Virus record (IMG/VR): IMGVR_UViG_3300010033_000001
Location: 1 to 64,000 of that record
DNA: 64,000 bases
Direction: 5' to 3' (one strand)
Source: a virus
Below are positions 1 through 6,475 of this stretch, in pieces. The notes under the pieces were generated by a model that saw only the letters and a list, made by a program, of their open reading frames with translations, was not told where the DNA came from and searched no databases. Numbering within the stretch: the stretch's first letter is position 1; the number at the start of each line of letters is the position of its first letter. The translations under genes were made by a program, and so were the position numbers.

Positions 1-124
1 TAGCTTGGCCTGCATAGAATTGGGCTTCCATATCATTACCTAATTCCTTAGCCTTAAAAAAATTCTCTTTAAATTCTTCGAGACGTTTTTCAACTTTCTC
101 TTTAAGTTCTTCCGCCCTTAACAT
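1..124 (-). CDS. hypothetical protein, 5' fragment (continues past window start)
   Basis: ATG at 124-122 overlaps the TAA (118-120) of the upstream ORF. Frame stays open to position 1. Begins MLRAEELKEKVEKRLEEF (Lys/Glu-rich). Confidence 0.3.
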   Translation of the reverse strand, partial: MLRAEELKEKVEKRLEEFKENFFKAKELGNDMEAQFYAGQA

Positions 125-486
125 TCCTGGCCTCCTTTCTCTTGCTGATTATTTGCCTCTATGAATTTCTCAAATAGTCCTTCAATACCATGAATATTAC
201 CGACCCATTCAAGAGTATATCCATTAGGATATAGTTCAAGGTATCTCTTCTTTCTTCTTTGATTAAAACCTACAGTACTGTGTTCAATGTCAGTGAATGA
301 ATCCCATTTCAATAAAATAGGATCTGTAAATCCTAAATCACTTTTTGCAAATCCTTCTGAACTACAGAAATGTGAATCTATAATATTGCCAGTATCTCCA
401 TCAATCGAATATGCTTGACAGCCGAACTCAGTGTAATTAGTAATTACTCCATAAATGACAGGTAAATTATTTTCTTGATTACTCAT
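118..486 (-). CDS. hypothetical protein
   Basis: ORF 118..510. The Met at 486 gives an 8-nt overlap with the stop (479-481) of the upstream ORF. No recognisable motif. Confidence 0.45.
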   Translation of the reverse strand: MSNQENNLPVIYGVITNYTEFGCQAYSIDGDTGNIIDSHFCSSEGFAKSDLGFTDPILLKWDSFTDIEHSTVGFNQRRKKRYLELYPNGYTLEWVGNIHGIEGLFEKFIEANNQQEKGGQEC

Positions 487-715
487 TACTTTCTCCTTCC
501 TTAACTTCAATATGAAGCTGACTAACTGGGTAGTACTCGGTTATTTCATTATCCTTGATGTAATCAATAGCATCTTCAATGTCTAGAAATGTACTATCAA
601 GAATTACCTCTTGCGGATCAGCTTGACCTTTAGTTATATAAATACATTCAAGTCTTATCTGAAACATTACTTTCTCCTTTCTGTATGTCGTGTATAGATT
701 CAATTTTATCAGCAT
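479..715 (-). CDS. hypothetical small protein (start may be the internal Met at 667)
   Basis: ORF in the minus-strand gene train; overlaps the end of 648..1403. No motif. Confidence 0.35.
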   Translation of the reverse strand: MLIKLNLYTTYRKEKVMFQIRLECIYITKGQADPQEVILDSTFLDIEDAIDYIKDNEITEYYPVSQLHIEVKEGESNE

Positions 716-1403
716 TCTGATTCATTAAGATTAGATGCTGTTGGGCCACCTTAGCGATTTCAAACGAAGATTTGATTTTTTGATAGTCAATTGAATCGTT
801 GGGCGTTTCATAGCTTTTATTCTCTTCAAAGAACTTAACCCAATCATCTGTTTTCTTTTCTCTACAGCCGATTTTAATAGTCTCCATGTAAACAATTATT
901 TGCCACTTACAATAGCTGTTTATGACTATGCCCTGGACTATCTGGTCGCCATTGACTCTCTGGTAGCCATTGACTCTCTGGTCGCCCTGGACTATCTGGT
1001 AGCCATTGACTATCTGGTCGCCCTGGACTATCTGGTAGCCCTGGACTCTCTGGTAGCCATTGACTCTCTGGTAGCCATTGACTCTCTGGTCGCCCTGGAC
1101 TATCTGGTAGCCATTGACTATCTGGTAGCCCTGGACTCTCTGGTCGCCATTGACTCTCTGGTAGCCCTCGACTATCTGGTAGCCATTGACTCTCTGGTCG
1201 CCCTCGACTATCTGGTCGCCCTGGACTATCTGGTCGCCCTGGACTCTCTGGTAGCCATTGACAAAAAGGTTCTTACACTGAATTGATCCTGTTTTAATTA
1301 ATTCACCTTCCAGATAAATATTCTCATCCGGCATGATGATATCTTGTCCTTCTTTGAAGTCTATTACCTTATATTGAATTCCGTAAATGTTTATCGTTTT
1401 CAT
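648..1403 (-). CDS. hexad-repeat protein: 18 near-identical x-G-[DY]-Q-[IR]-V units between unique N- and C-terminal domains
   Basis: 251-aa ORF with a Bacteroidota-type promoter 30 nt upstream. The central part is encoded by an 18-bp tandem DNA repeat. Confidence 0.7.
   Translation of the reverse strand: MKTINIYGIQYKVIDFKEGQDIIMPDENIYLEGELIKTGSIQCKNLFVNGYQRVQGDQIVQGDQIVEGDQRVNGYQIVEGYQRVNGDQRVQGYQIVNGYQIVQGDQRVNGYQRVNGYQRVQGYQIVQGDQIVNGYQIVQGDQRVNGYQRVNGDQIVQGIVINSYCKWQIIVYMETIKIGCREKKTDDWVKFFEENKSYETPNDSIDYQKIKSSFEIAKVAQQHLILMNQNADKIESIHDIQKGESNVSDKT
931..1262. repeat. 18-bp tandem repeat, 18 full units plus a partial one, in frame within CDS 648..1403
   Basis: Units such as ccctggactatctggtcg / ccattgactctctggtag read directly. 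Units differ only at three codons. Confidence 0.95.
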
Positions 1404-1433
1404 TGTCTTATTGTTTTGTTGTCTTGCTTATAA

Positions 1434-1464
1434 CAAATGTAACAAAAGAATCTATACAGACAAA
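1434..1464 (-). promoter_or_regulatory. Bacteroidota-type promoter (TTTG-N19-TAcaTTTG)
   Basis: The minus strand reads TTTG (1464-1461), 19 nt, then TACATTTG (1441-1434). It lies 30 nt upstream of the ATG at 1403 and is part of the conserved box TTTGTTACATTTGTTATAA. Confidence 0.7.
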
Positions 1465-1502
1465 TTTTTTCCGTAATTTTTTACTGAATTTTTTCAGGGC
1501 AT

Positions 1503-1528
1503 AAAAAAACCAGGGGTGACTCCCCTGG
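1503..1528 (-). terminator. Rho-independent terminator
   Basis: 7-bp stem CCAGGGG/CCCCTGG with a 5-nt loop, followed on the minus strand by T7. Confidence 0.7.
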
Positions 1529-1630
1529 CAACTTTAAATGAGAAAAAACGACCGGTCTTATCCGGAAGTCACATAAATGTAATTGATGTACTTTAAAATT
1601 CAAACTCGAGGGAATTCTAGAATTTCTAGA

Positions 1631-1660
1631 ATAAAAGAAGCCAGGCCGTCATAGCCTGGC
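1631..1660 (-). terminator. Rho-independent terminator
   Basis: 7-bp stem GCCAGGC/GCCTGGC followed on the minus strand by TTCTTTTAT. Confidence 0.55.
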
Positions 1661-1715
1661 TAAATGAAAATTACCATGTTTAACCTTACCCAAAGGTTAT
1701 TCAAATATATGTGTT

Positions 1716-1741
1716 TGGCAACTATATACAAAGTGGGACAA
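1716..1741 (+). repeat. left 26-bp terminal inverted repeat TGGCAACTATATACAAAGTGGGACAA
   Basis: Exact reverse complement of 6681..6706. Confidence 0.95.
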
Positions 1742-1976
1742 AGGAAAAAATGCTGGCTCTAAATGCATATGCTTGCATTTTTTCAAATCACGGTAGATCC
1801 CTTGTGCCATGAAAGACTCGTGATATTTCGGGGAACCTACGGAATGTCAAAGAACATTCGCAGCTGCCAGTGTCGCCGATCATCTACAACGGCGCCCCTG
1901 GCATACGGCCAAAACCGACTGCTATTTACACACGCGTATTAGTTTTAAGGTTTCTGAATACACAAAAACCGATTAA

Positions 1977-2207
1977 TTATTTTCCATTCTCACCAAGCCA
2001 GTAATCTAATTCCCATTCACTTATCTCAAGCTGATCTAACGCTATTCTCTTAAGCAAGAGAAACGAAATTCTTTTAAACCCGGTAGGTATCTGGATCAAT
2101 GAGGAATCTTTTAGGACCCAAATATCTTTTCCATTCCTTTTACCTAAAGGGTTTCCGCCGTGTTTATAGATAAGATCTTCTACTGACTTTTTAGAAAACG
2201 TGTACAT
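1977..2207 (-). CDS. hypothetical protein, weak HicA-like pattern without the catalytic His
   Basis: 76-aa ORF 16 nt downstream of a HicB-like gene. The pattern ...LIQIPTGFKRISFLLLKRIALDQL resembles the HicA C-terminus only loosely. Confidence 0.3.
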   Translation of the reverse strand: MYTFSKKSVEDLIYKHGGNPLGKRNGKDIWVLKDSSLIQIPTGFKRISFLLLKRIALDQLEISEWELDYWLGENGK

Positions 2208-2222
2208 ATAAAAATACTGAAA

Positions 2223-2564
2223 TCAAGCGTATGCCAGAACCCTACTCATACTTGGATTAAATACTGGACTATTAAAAAGTTTTGGCTTTTTAAATGTGTT
2301 ATCGGATTTTTTCCATCCAAGATTTCTTAATGCTTCTTCCAATGTACCTAACTCAGAATGAACCTGAAAAAAAGTGTCTAAGGCCGATTTTAGGTCATTG
2401 ATTGCATCTTCCTCGCTGACTTTAGAATATCCGATTGTCTTAAAATGAGGACTAAACAATATCCATTCCCCATCAGACTCTTCAACACTTACTTTTAAAT
2501 CATTAATTTCCAAGGAAATCGTATTGCCGAAACTATCACTTACTATTTTTAATCTAGTATCCAT
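2223..2564 (-). CDS. HicB-like (UPF0150-fold) protein
   Basis: The motif WILFSPHFKTIGYSKVSEEDAINDLKSAL matches the HicB/UPF0150 N-terminal domain pattern (read by eye). Confidence 0.45.
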   Translation of the reverse strand: MDTRLKIVSDSFGNTISLEINDLKVSVEESDGEWILFSPHFKTIGYSKVSEEDAINDLKSALDTFFQVHSELGTLEEALRNLGWKKSDNTFKKPKLFNSPVFNPSMSRVLAYA

Positions 2565-2730
2565 AATTCTCCCCCCTTACTCAAGTTGTTTGTGTGACAC
2601 AATATATAGGTTTTTTATCTCCTTTAAAATCACCTATACTATCACTAACGAAAAAACCCCACCAAAAGATGATCTTTCTTAAATCCCTTACTCTCCAAGA
2701 ACCTTCACAAGCTAACATTGTTGTCTATTA

Positions 2731-3066
2731 TCAAGCAGTCATTAAATAATGGTATTTATTAGTAATTTTTCGTTGAATTGAAAAATTGACTGCCTCACTA
2801 GGTAGAACTTGGCCAGATACCTTTCTGATTTTGATTTTCTTTGACTTCAAATATTCTTCAATGGTACCACGCTTTTTGACTGATTCAAAAAGACACATTA
2901 TAGCCTTCCGAAAATTTATAGAAGCTTCATCGCTCGTTGATCCACTTACGACAATATTTAAATCAGGTGAGTGAACTATAAAGTCTCCTTGATCAATATA
3001 GCTAGAAGCTATTACCTCAAACATCGTCTTAGTTGCTTTCATGTCATATTCACATTTAGTTGTCAT
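2731..3066 (-). CDS. HicB-like (UPF0150-fold) protein (start possibly the Met at 3042)
   Basis: FIVHSPDLNIVVSGSTSDEASINFRKAI shows the same fold signature as the neighbouring gene. Confidence 0.4.
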   Translation of the reverse strand: MTTKCEYDMKATKTMFEVIASSYIDQGDFIVHSPDLNIVVSGSTSDEASINFRKAIMCLFESVKKRGTIEEYLKSKKIKIRKVSGQVLPSEAVNFSIQRKITNKYHYLMTA

Positions 3067-3092
3067 GCAAAATTACAGGTTTTTACAATTAT

Positions 3093-3120
3093 AAAAAAAG
3101 CCCGTCGTTTCCGACAGGCC
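3093..3120 (-). terminator. Rho-independent terminator
   Basis: GC-rich imperfect hairpin (cccgtcg tttc cgacagg) followed on the minus strand by T7. Confidence 0.55.
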
Positions 3121-3185
3121 CCTTAACCAACTTGCAACTGATAAACTATTGCATTACTATGCAAAAGAATCACAATAAAGTGATT

Positions 3186-3494
3186 CTAATTCTTATTTTC
3201 AAGTTTCTGAAGGTTTTCCTTTAAATACTTAATCAGAATTTCACCTTGTTCAATATCGGCATCAAGTATATTAATACTGTGCTCAAGCTGCCTGCTATGC
3301 CTTTTGGCAAGGTCATTTGCCAGATGCTCACGCTGTGCCTTCATTTGATTGAGCTCAAAGGTCGCCTCACCGAGCTCGGTCTTAATTGTGTCGATTGTCA
3401 TACTTTGTTTGTCATTTATGGTTACCTTCAATACCTCATCGAATGTGGCGTTGATTTTGAATTTCTCATTGTATCGATTCTTTCTTTTAGTCAT
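3186..3494 (-). CDS. coiled-coil protein
   Basis: 102-aa ORF whose ATG overlaps the transposase stop by 8 nt. Heptad-like, Glu/Lys/Leu-rich. Confidence 0.5.
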   Translation of the reverse strand: MTKRKNRYNEKFKINATFDEVLKVTINDKQSMTIDTIKTELGEATFELNQMKAQREHLANDLAKRHSRQLEHSINILDADIEQGEILIKYLKENLQKLENKN

Positions 3495-4452
3495 ACCTCA
3501 TGTTTGTTAATTCATCATAGCTTAAAGGCGCCTCACTGCTTTCCAGGAACTTATGCATCCTTTCTGATGCACTCATAGCCCGGGCATTGAAAACGGCAGC
3601 AAACGCATTCAAATACCTGTGCAAATGCTTTTCGCTTATCTGGTGGTGAACACCGTATATGGAACGTTTAAAGAGACTCCAAAAATTTTCTATGCTATTA
3701 GTGTGTACCTGGCCATCGACATACTTCGAAAGGCGGTGCAATATGGTGGCATGGTTGTACCTCTTGTTCAGGTCCATGTATGACTTATTCTCATCGGTGT
3801 ATATGGTGGCACCTGCCGGTACTTTCTGATTAATGAATTCCAAGAGGTGCTTTTTCTTACCGCTGGGCATGTACCTTAAAACGATTTGACCGGATCGCTC
3901 CATGATACCCATGAGCATTTTTTTAGGCTTGTAGGGTGTGCCATCATTTCTAAAATTACCGTTGTTCGGGTCACGCTTGCGGCCAAAGTGTTTGTTCTTC
4001 TCCTTTCCATCAATCCAAGCTTCATCAACCTCAATGGGTCCGGAGCAATCCAAGAACTCAGGTTGTTGCTCCTTAAGCATTTCGCGGATTCGGTGCATCA
4101 TGAACCAGGCTGTTTTCTGTGTGATGCCTAGCAATTCAGCCAGGTAGGGACTAGTGACGCTTTTCTTACTTGTGGTTAGGATATAGATCGCCCCGAACCA
4201 TATTCTCAATGGCTTCTTAGTATTCTGAAAAATAGTTCCGACCAACACCGTGAATTTTTTCCTGCAGTCTTTGTTACTGCACTTATAACCACGATTCGTT
4301 TTGTAGGGCTTTTCACTTTGGCAATGCGGGCACCTGGGCTTGCCGTTCCATCTAATTTGTTCGTAGTACTCGATTGCCGTTTTTTCATCACGGAAATAAT
4401 CGAGCAAATGAGGTAGGGATTTGAAATTCATGTCGTAAATAATCGTTGTCAC
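3487..4452 (-). CDS. IS1595-family (ISXO2-like) DDE transposase
   Basis: N-terminal zinc ribbon (CPHCQS...CSNKDC), an HTH region, then an ISXO2-like core (EVDEAWIDGK...IYTDENKSY...HTNSIENFWS). Confidence 0.8.
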   Translation of the reverse strand: MTTIIYDMNFKSLPHLLDYFRDEKTAIEYYEQIRWNGKPRCPHCQSEKPYKTNRGYKCSNKDCRKKFTVLVGTIFQNTKKPLRIWFGAIYILTTSKKSVTSPYLAELLGITQKTAWFMMHRIREMLKEQQPEFLDCSGPIEVDEAWIDGKEKNKHFGRKRDPNNGNFRNDGTPYKPKKMLMGIMERSGQIVLRYMPSGKKKHLLEFINQKVPAGATIYTDENKSYMDLNKRYNHATILHRLSKYVDGQVHTNSIENFWSLFKRSIYGVHHQISEKHLHRYLNAFAAVFNARAMSASERMHKFLESSEAPLSYDELTNMRYD

Positions 4453-4499
4453 TTCAAAGATAAGACATGTCCCAATAACTACCTAATTTTTTAACAACT

Positions 4500-4727
4500 T
4501 TAAAATTCAAGTTCAGTTTCCAGCAGATCAGGCAGGTCCATTTCCAGGCCCTCGCATACCTCGAGTAAAAAAATGAAGCTGGGATTTACCCTGCCTCGCT
4601 CGAGTCTATTAATTGAAGGCTGATCCTTACCGATCTTATGTGCCAAATGCGTTTGTGAAATTCCCATTCGTGTGCGTACTATTTTTACTTTTTTCCCTAA
4701 CTCTTGCAACCTCCCGTCATCTTTCAC
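4500..4727 (-). CDS. XRE/Cro-CI family helix-turn-helix regulator
   Basis: GISQTHLAHKIGKDQPSINRLERGRVNPS is a canonical HTH_3 signature. Confidence 0.85.
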   Translation of the reverse strand: MKDDGRLQELGKKVKIVRTRMGISQTHLAHKIGKDQPSINRLERGRVNPSFIFLLEVCEGLEMDLPDLLETELEF

Positions 4728-4769
4728 AATGAAAAGGTATTCTATTTCAAACAGAACAATTATAACCGA

Positions 4770-4789
4770 TTTGTTATATTTGTAACAAA
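4770..4789 (+). promoter_or_regulatory. plus-strand copy of the phage promoter box (TTTGTTATATTTGTAACAAA; -7 element TATATTTG at 4775-4782)
   Basis: Lies in the divergent gap between XRE (start 4727) and the plus-strand gene (ATG 4803). There is no clean TTTG at -33. Confidence 0.45.
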
Positions 4790-4802
4790 AAAATTGATCT
4801 AT

Positions 4803-5273
4803 ATGAAAGTTTTTAAAAAACCATTCAAGAGGCCTTACCTATTGACAATGGTCTTTTTATTTGGTGCGTTGATGTTTAGCCGATCTGTGTTTTCCAATCC
4901 TGAGCAAGGTACTATCGTATCACTGCACGAGCGTCTTATGACAAAGTACTTTGAGGTAACGGCCAATGATGTGAAAATATCATACGATCATGGAACAACG
5001 TTAATGGTCAACCTTACTTATAAAAACATTGATTCCAAAAATCGGAAAATTGAAAATGGACATGTATTCGTAAAAGGCAAGGGCGGTAAGACCTACAAGA
5101 TTGATGTTACTTTAACTAAAACATCGAACGCGGTTCATATGCAATTAAAAACCCAAACATCAATCAAAATCGATATAGCATTTAAGATCCCTAATAGTAT
5201 GTCAGGTAGGATATATTATCAACCGGCCGACTCATATGAGGGGTCTTTCATAGACTTAGGAGAATTATATTGA
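4803..5273 (+). CDS. secreted/exported protein
   Basis: The Met at 4803 gives the signal-peptide-like N-terminus MKVFKKPFKRPYLLTMVFLFGALMFSRSVFS. The track ORF 4704.. starts further upstream in the promoter region. Confidence 0.6.
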   Translation: MKVFKKPFKRPYLLTMVFLFGALMFSRSVFSNPEQGTIVSLHERLMTKYFEVTANDVKISYDHGTTLMVNLTYKNIDSKNRKIENGHVFVKGKGGKTYKIDVTLTKTSNAVHMQLKTQTSIKIDIAFKIPNSMSGRIYYQPADSYEGSFIDLGELY

Positions 5274-5295
5274 TTTTTAACAAATCTGAAATATT

Positions 5296-5484
5296 ATGTG
5301 TAATGAAGATTTTAGAGAATATGCAGAAATGCTTCAAAGAAACCTCGGTTTGATACCTGAATTTATCATTTATGCTGAAGCCTACTTAAAAGACGTTGGC
5401 ATCGAACCAAATGAAGAAAATCAGGAAGAATGTATGGAGCTCTTACTGAAGTTTGCACAGGATCTAGCTAAGGAATCTGATTGA
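5296..5484 (+). CDS. small acidic protein
   Basis: 62-aa ORF 23 nt after the previous stop. Confidence 0.4.
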   Translation: MCNEDFREYAEMLQRNLGLIPEFIIYAEAYLKDVGIEPNEENQEECMELLLKFAQDLAKESD

Positions 5485-5487
5485 GAG

Positions 5488-5601
5488 ATGCATAAGATGC
5501 CCACACATTCAAACGACTCGGTATTGCTCTTGGTATTCATTGGGGTCATAGTATTGGTAACTGCCATGCTACTGAAACACGACAAAAAGAAAGGTTCCTG
5601 A
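5488..5601 (+). CDS. 37-aa single-pass membrane peptide
   Basis: Hand-translated as MHKMPTHSNDSVLLLVFIGVIVLVTAMLLKHDKKKGS. Starts 4 nt after the previous stop. Below the ORF-track size cutoff. Confidence 0.35.
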   Translation: MHKMPTHSNDSVLLLVFIGVIVLVTAMLLKHDKKKGS

Positions 5602-5735
5602 CGACCACTTATTGAGATTGTATTTTTAAGTTCTTAAAAATTCACTACATTCAAGCATTGGCTTGCTGGGACAAGCAAGCTGGTAGATCAGCTGTACCTA
5701 TACGGTGTCATCGTATCGGGTACCGCACTCAGTGG

Positions 5736-5763
5736 GGCCGGCTATATGCCGGCTCTGTTTTTT
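5736..5763 (+). terminator. Rho-independent terminator
   Basis: GCCGGC tatat GCCGGC followed by TCTGTTTTTT. Confidence 0.55.
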
Positions 5764-5792
5764 AATAGCGATGTCAAATTAAACTTTACGAT

Positions 5793-6062
5793 ATGATAGG
5801 ATGGCAAGATTACTATGAGTACATGCATAGTGTACAAGAATCAATGATCGAAAACATGAAACCGATTGTTGATGATGATCCAAGCACTCAATACTTAAAA
5901 AGGTCGAATGAAAAGATCAAATTGGAACGGCAATTTGCAGAAGCATCGATTCAATTCATGCAATCAAATGGTATACCTGCAAGTCATGAAAATTATACAA
6001 TCAGTACTGCGATGATGCTGCCGTTATTAAATGAATTATATAGAAAGCGGATGACTATGTGA
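5793..6062 (+). CDS. hypothetical protein
   Basis: 89-aa plus-strand ORF followed by a terminator. Confidence 0.45.
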   Translation: MIGWQDYYEYMHSVQESMIENMKPIVDDDPSTQYLKRSNEKIKLERQFAEASIQFMQSNGIPASHENYTISTAMMLPLLNELYRKRMTM

Positions 6063-6098
6063 ATAAGTCGAATACTTGTACATAACCATGTTGAAAAC

Positions 6099-6135
6099 AA
6101 AACCCTGTCAAATTGATTGATAGGGTTTTTTGTTT
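6099..6135 (+). terminator. Rho-independent terminator
   Basis: AACCCT / AGGGTT stem with a 15-nt loop, followed by TTTTTTGTTTG. Confidence 0.45.
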
Positions 6136-6186
6136 GTAAATTGGTCCGGAATAAAAAAGACCCCATCAATTAAGATGGAGTCTTCA

Positions 6187-6269
6187 TATCCAGTGATGAA
6201 AGCCGTATAGACACCAGTTTAGAAAGCTGGCGCTCGCAAAGCATGTCGGTTCGAATCCCATCTGGACTA
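6187..6269 (+). tRNA. degenerate class II tRNA-like element or tRNA fragment (anticodon position reads AGA)
   Basis: Good anticodon arm CCAGT-TTAGAAA-GCTGG, a variable-arm hairpin GCT-CGCAA-AGC and a T loop TTCGAAT. The T stem has a C-C mismatch, the acceptor has only 5 bp and no D stem could be drawn. Confidence 0.3.
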
Positions 6270-6278
6270 CTATTTATT

Positions 6279-6364
6279 GGCGCAGTGGCGAAATCGGTAA
6301 ACGCATCAGATTTTGACTCTGATATCCGTCCCAGGATTTGTCGGTTCGAATCCGACCTGCGCTT
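6279..6364 (+). tRNA. class II tRNA (long variable arm, Leu-like D arm) with anticodon UUG (Gln by anticodon)
   Basis: Acceptor GGCGCAG/CTGCGCT (G1-U72 wobble), U8, D stem GCG/CGC with loop AAATCGGTAAA. Anticodon stem TCAGA/TCTGA with loop TTTTGAC (anticodon 6313-6315). 17-nt variable arm with an ATCC/GGAT stem. T arm GTCGG-TTCGAAT-CCGAC. Confidence 0.7.
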
Positions 6365-6373
6365 CTATTTATC

Positions 6374-6444
6374 AGTGCCGTGTCCGAGTGGCCAGGTAAT
6401 GTGGTTGCCCCCCATTTACACCGGTTCGAATCCGGTCGGCACTT
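6374..6444 (+). tRNA. 71-nt tRNA-like gene, anticodon ambiguous (GCC or UGC)
   Basis: Perfect acceptor AGTGCCG/CGGCACT and T arm ACCGG-TTCGAAT-CCGGT. Ser/Tyr-like D loop GAGTGGCCA, but the D and anticodon stems are weak. Confidence 0.5.
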
Positions 6445-6475
6445 CAAAGATAGGCTTTTAGGCCTATCAAGTATT

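Noticed and set aside
931-1262. Possible CRISPR array, given the regular short repeats
   Set aside because: The units are contiguous with no spacers. The period is 18 bp, in frame within a CDS, and no cas genes are present.
900-1286. 128-aa plus-strand ORF (MPLTIAVYDYALDYLVAIDSL...)
   Set aside because: It is the antisense reading of the 18-bp tandem repeat. The minus-strand ORF has a promoter, unique flanking domains and fits the gene train.
4450-4462. 13-nt match CACTTCAAAGATA shared with 6440-6452, as a possible IS end
   Set aside because: By a rough estimate, dozens of 13-mer matches are expected by chance in a 64-kb window on both strands. There is no extended similarity.
4500-4727. 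Lysogeny module (repressor implying a temperate lifestyle)
   Set aside because: No integrase, excisionase or att site was recognised. The lone XRE gene lies inside the putative mobile cassette, so lifestyle cannot be inferred from it.
6153-6182. Minus-strand terminator-like hairpin GACCCCATC/GATGGAGTC with an A run
   Set aside because: No minus-strand gene ends nearby, and it overlaps the 5' edge of the degenerate tRNA-like element. Its function is unclear, so it is not called.
6243-6461. 72-aa plus-strand ORF across the tRNA array
   Set aside because: It runs through three tRNA-like cloverleaves and is an artefact of stop-free structured RNA sequence.
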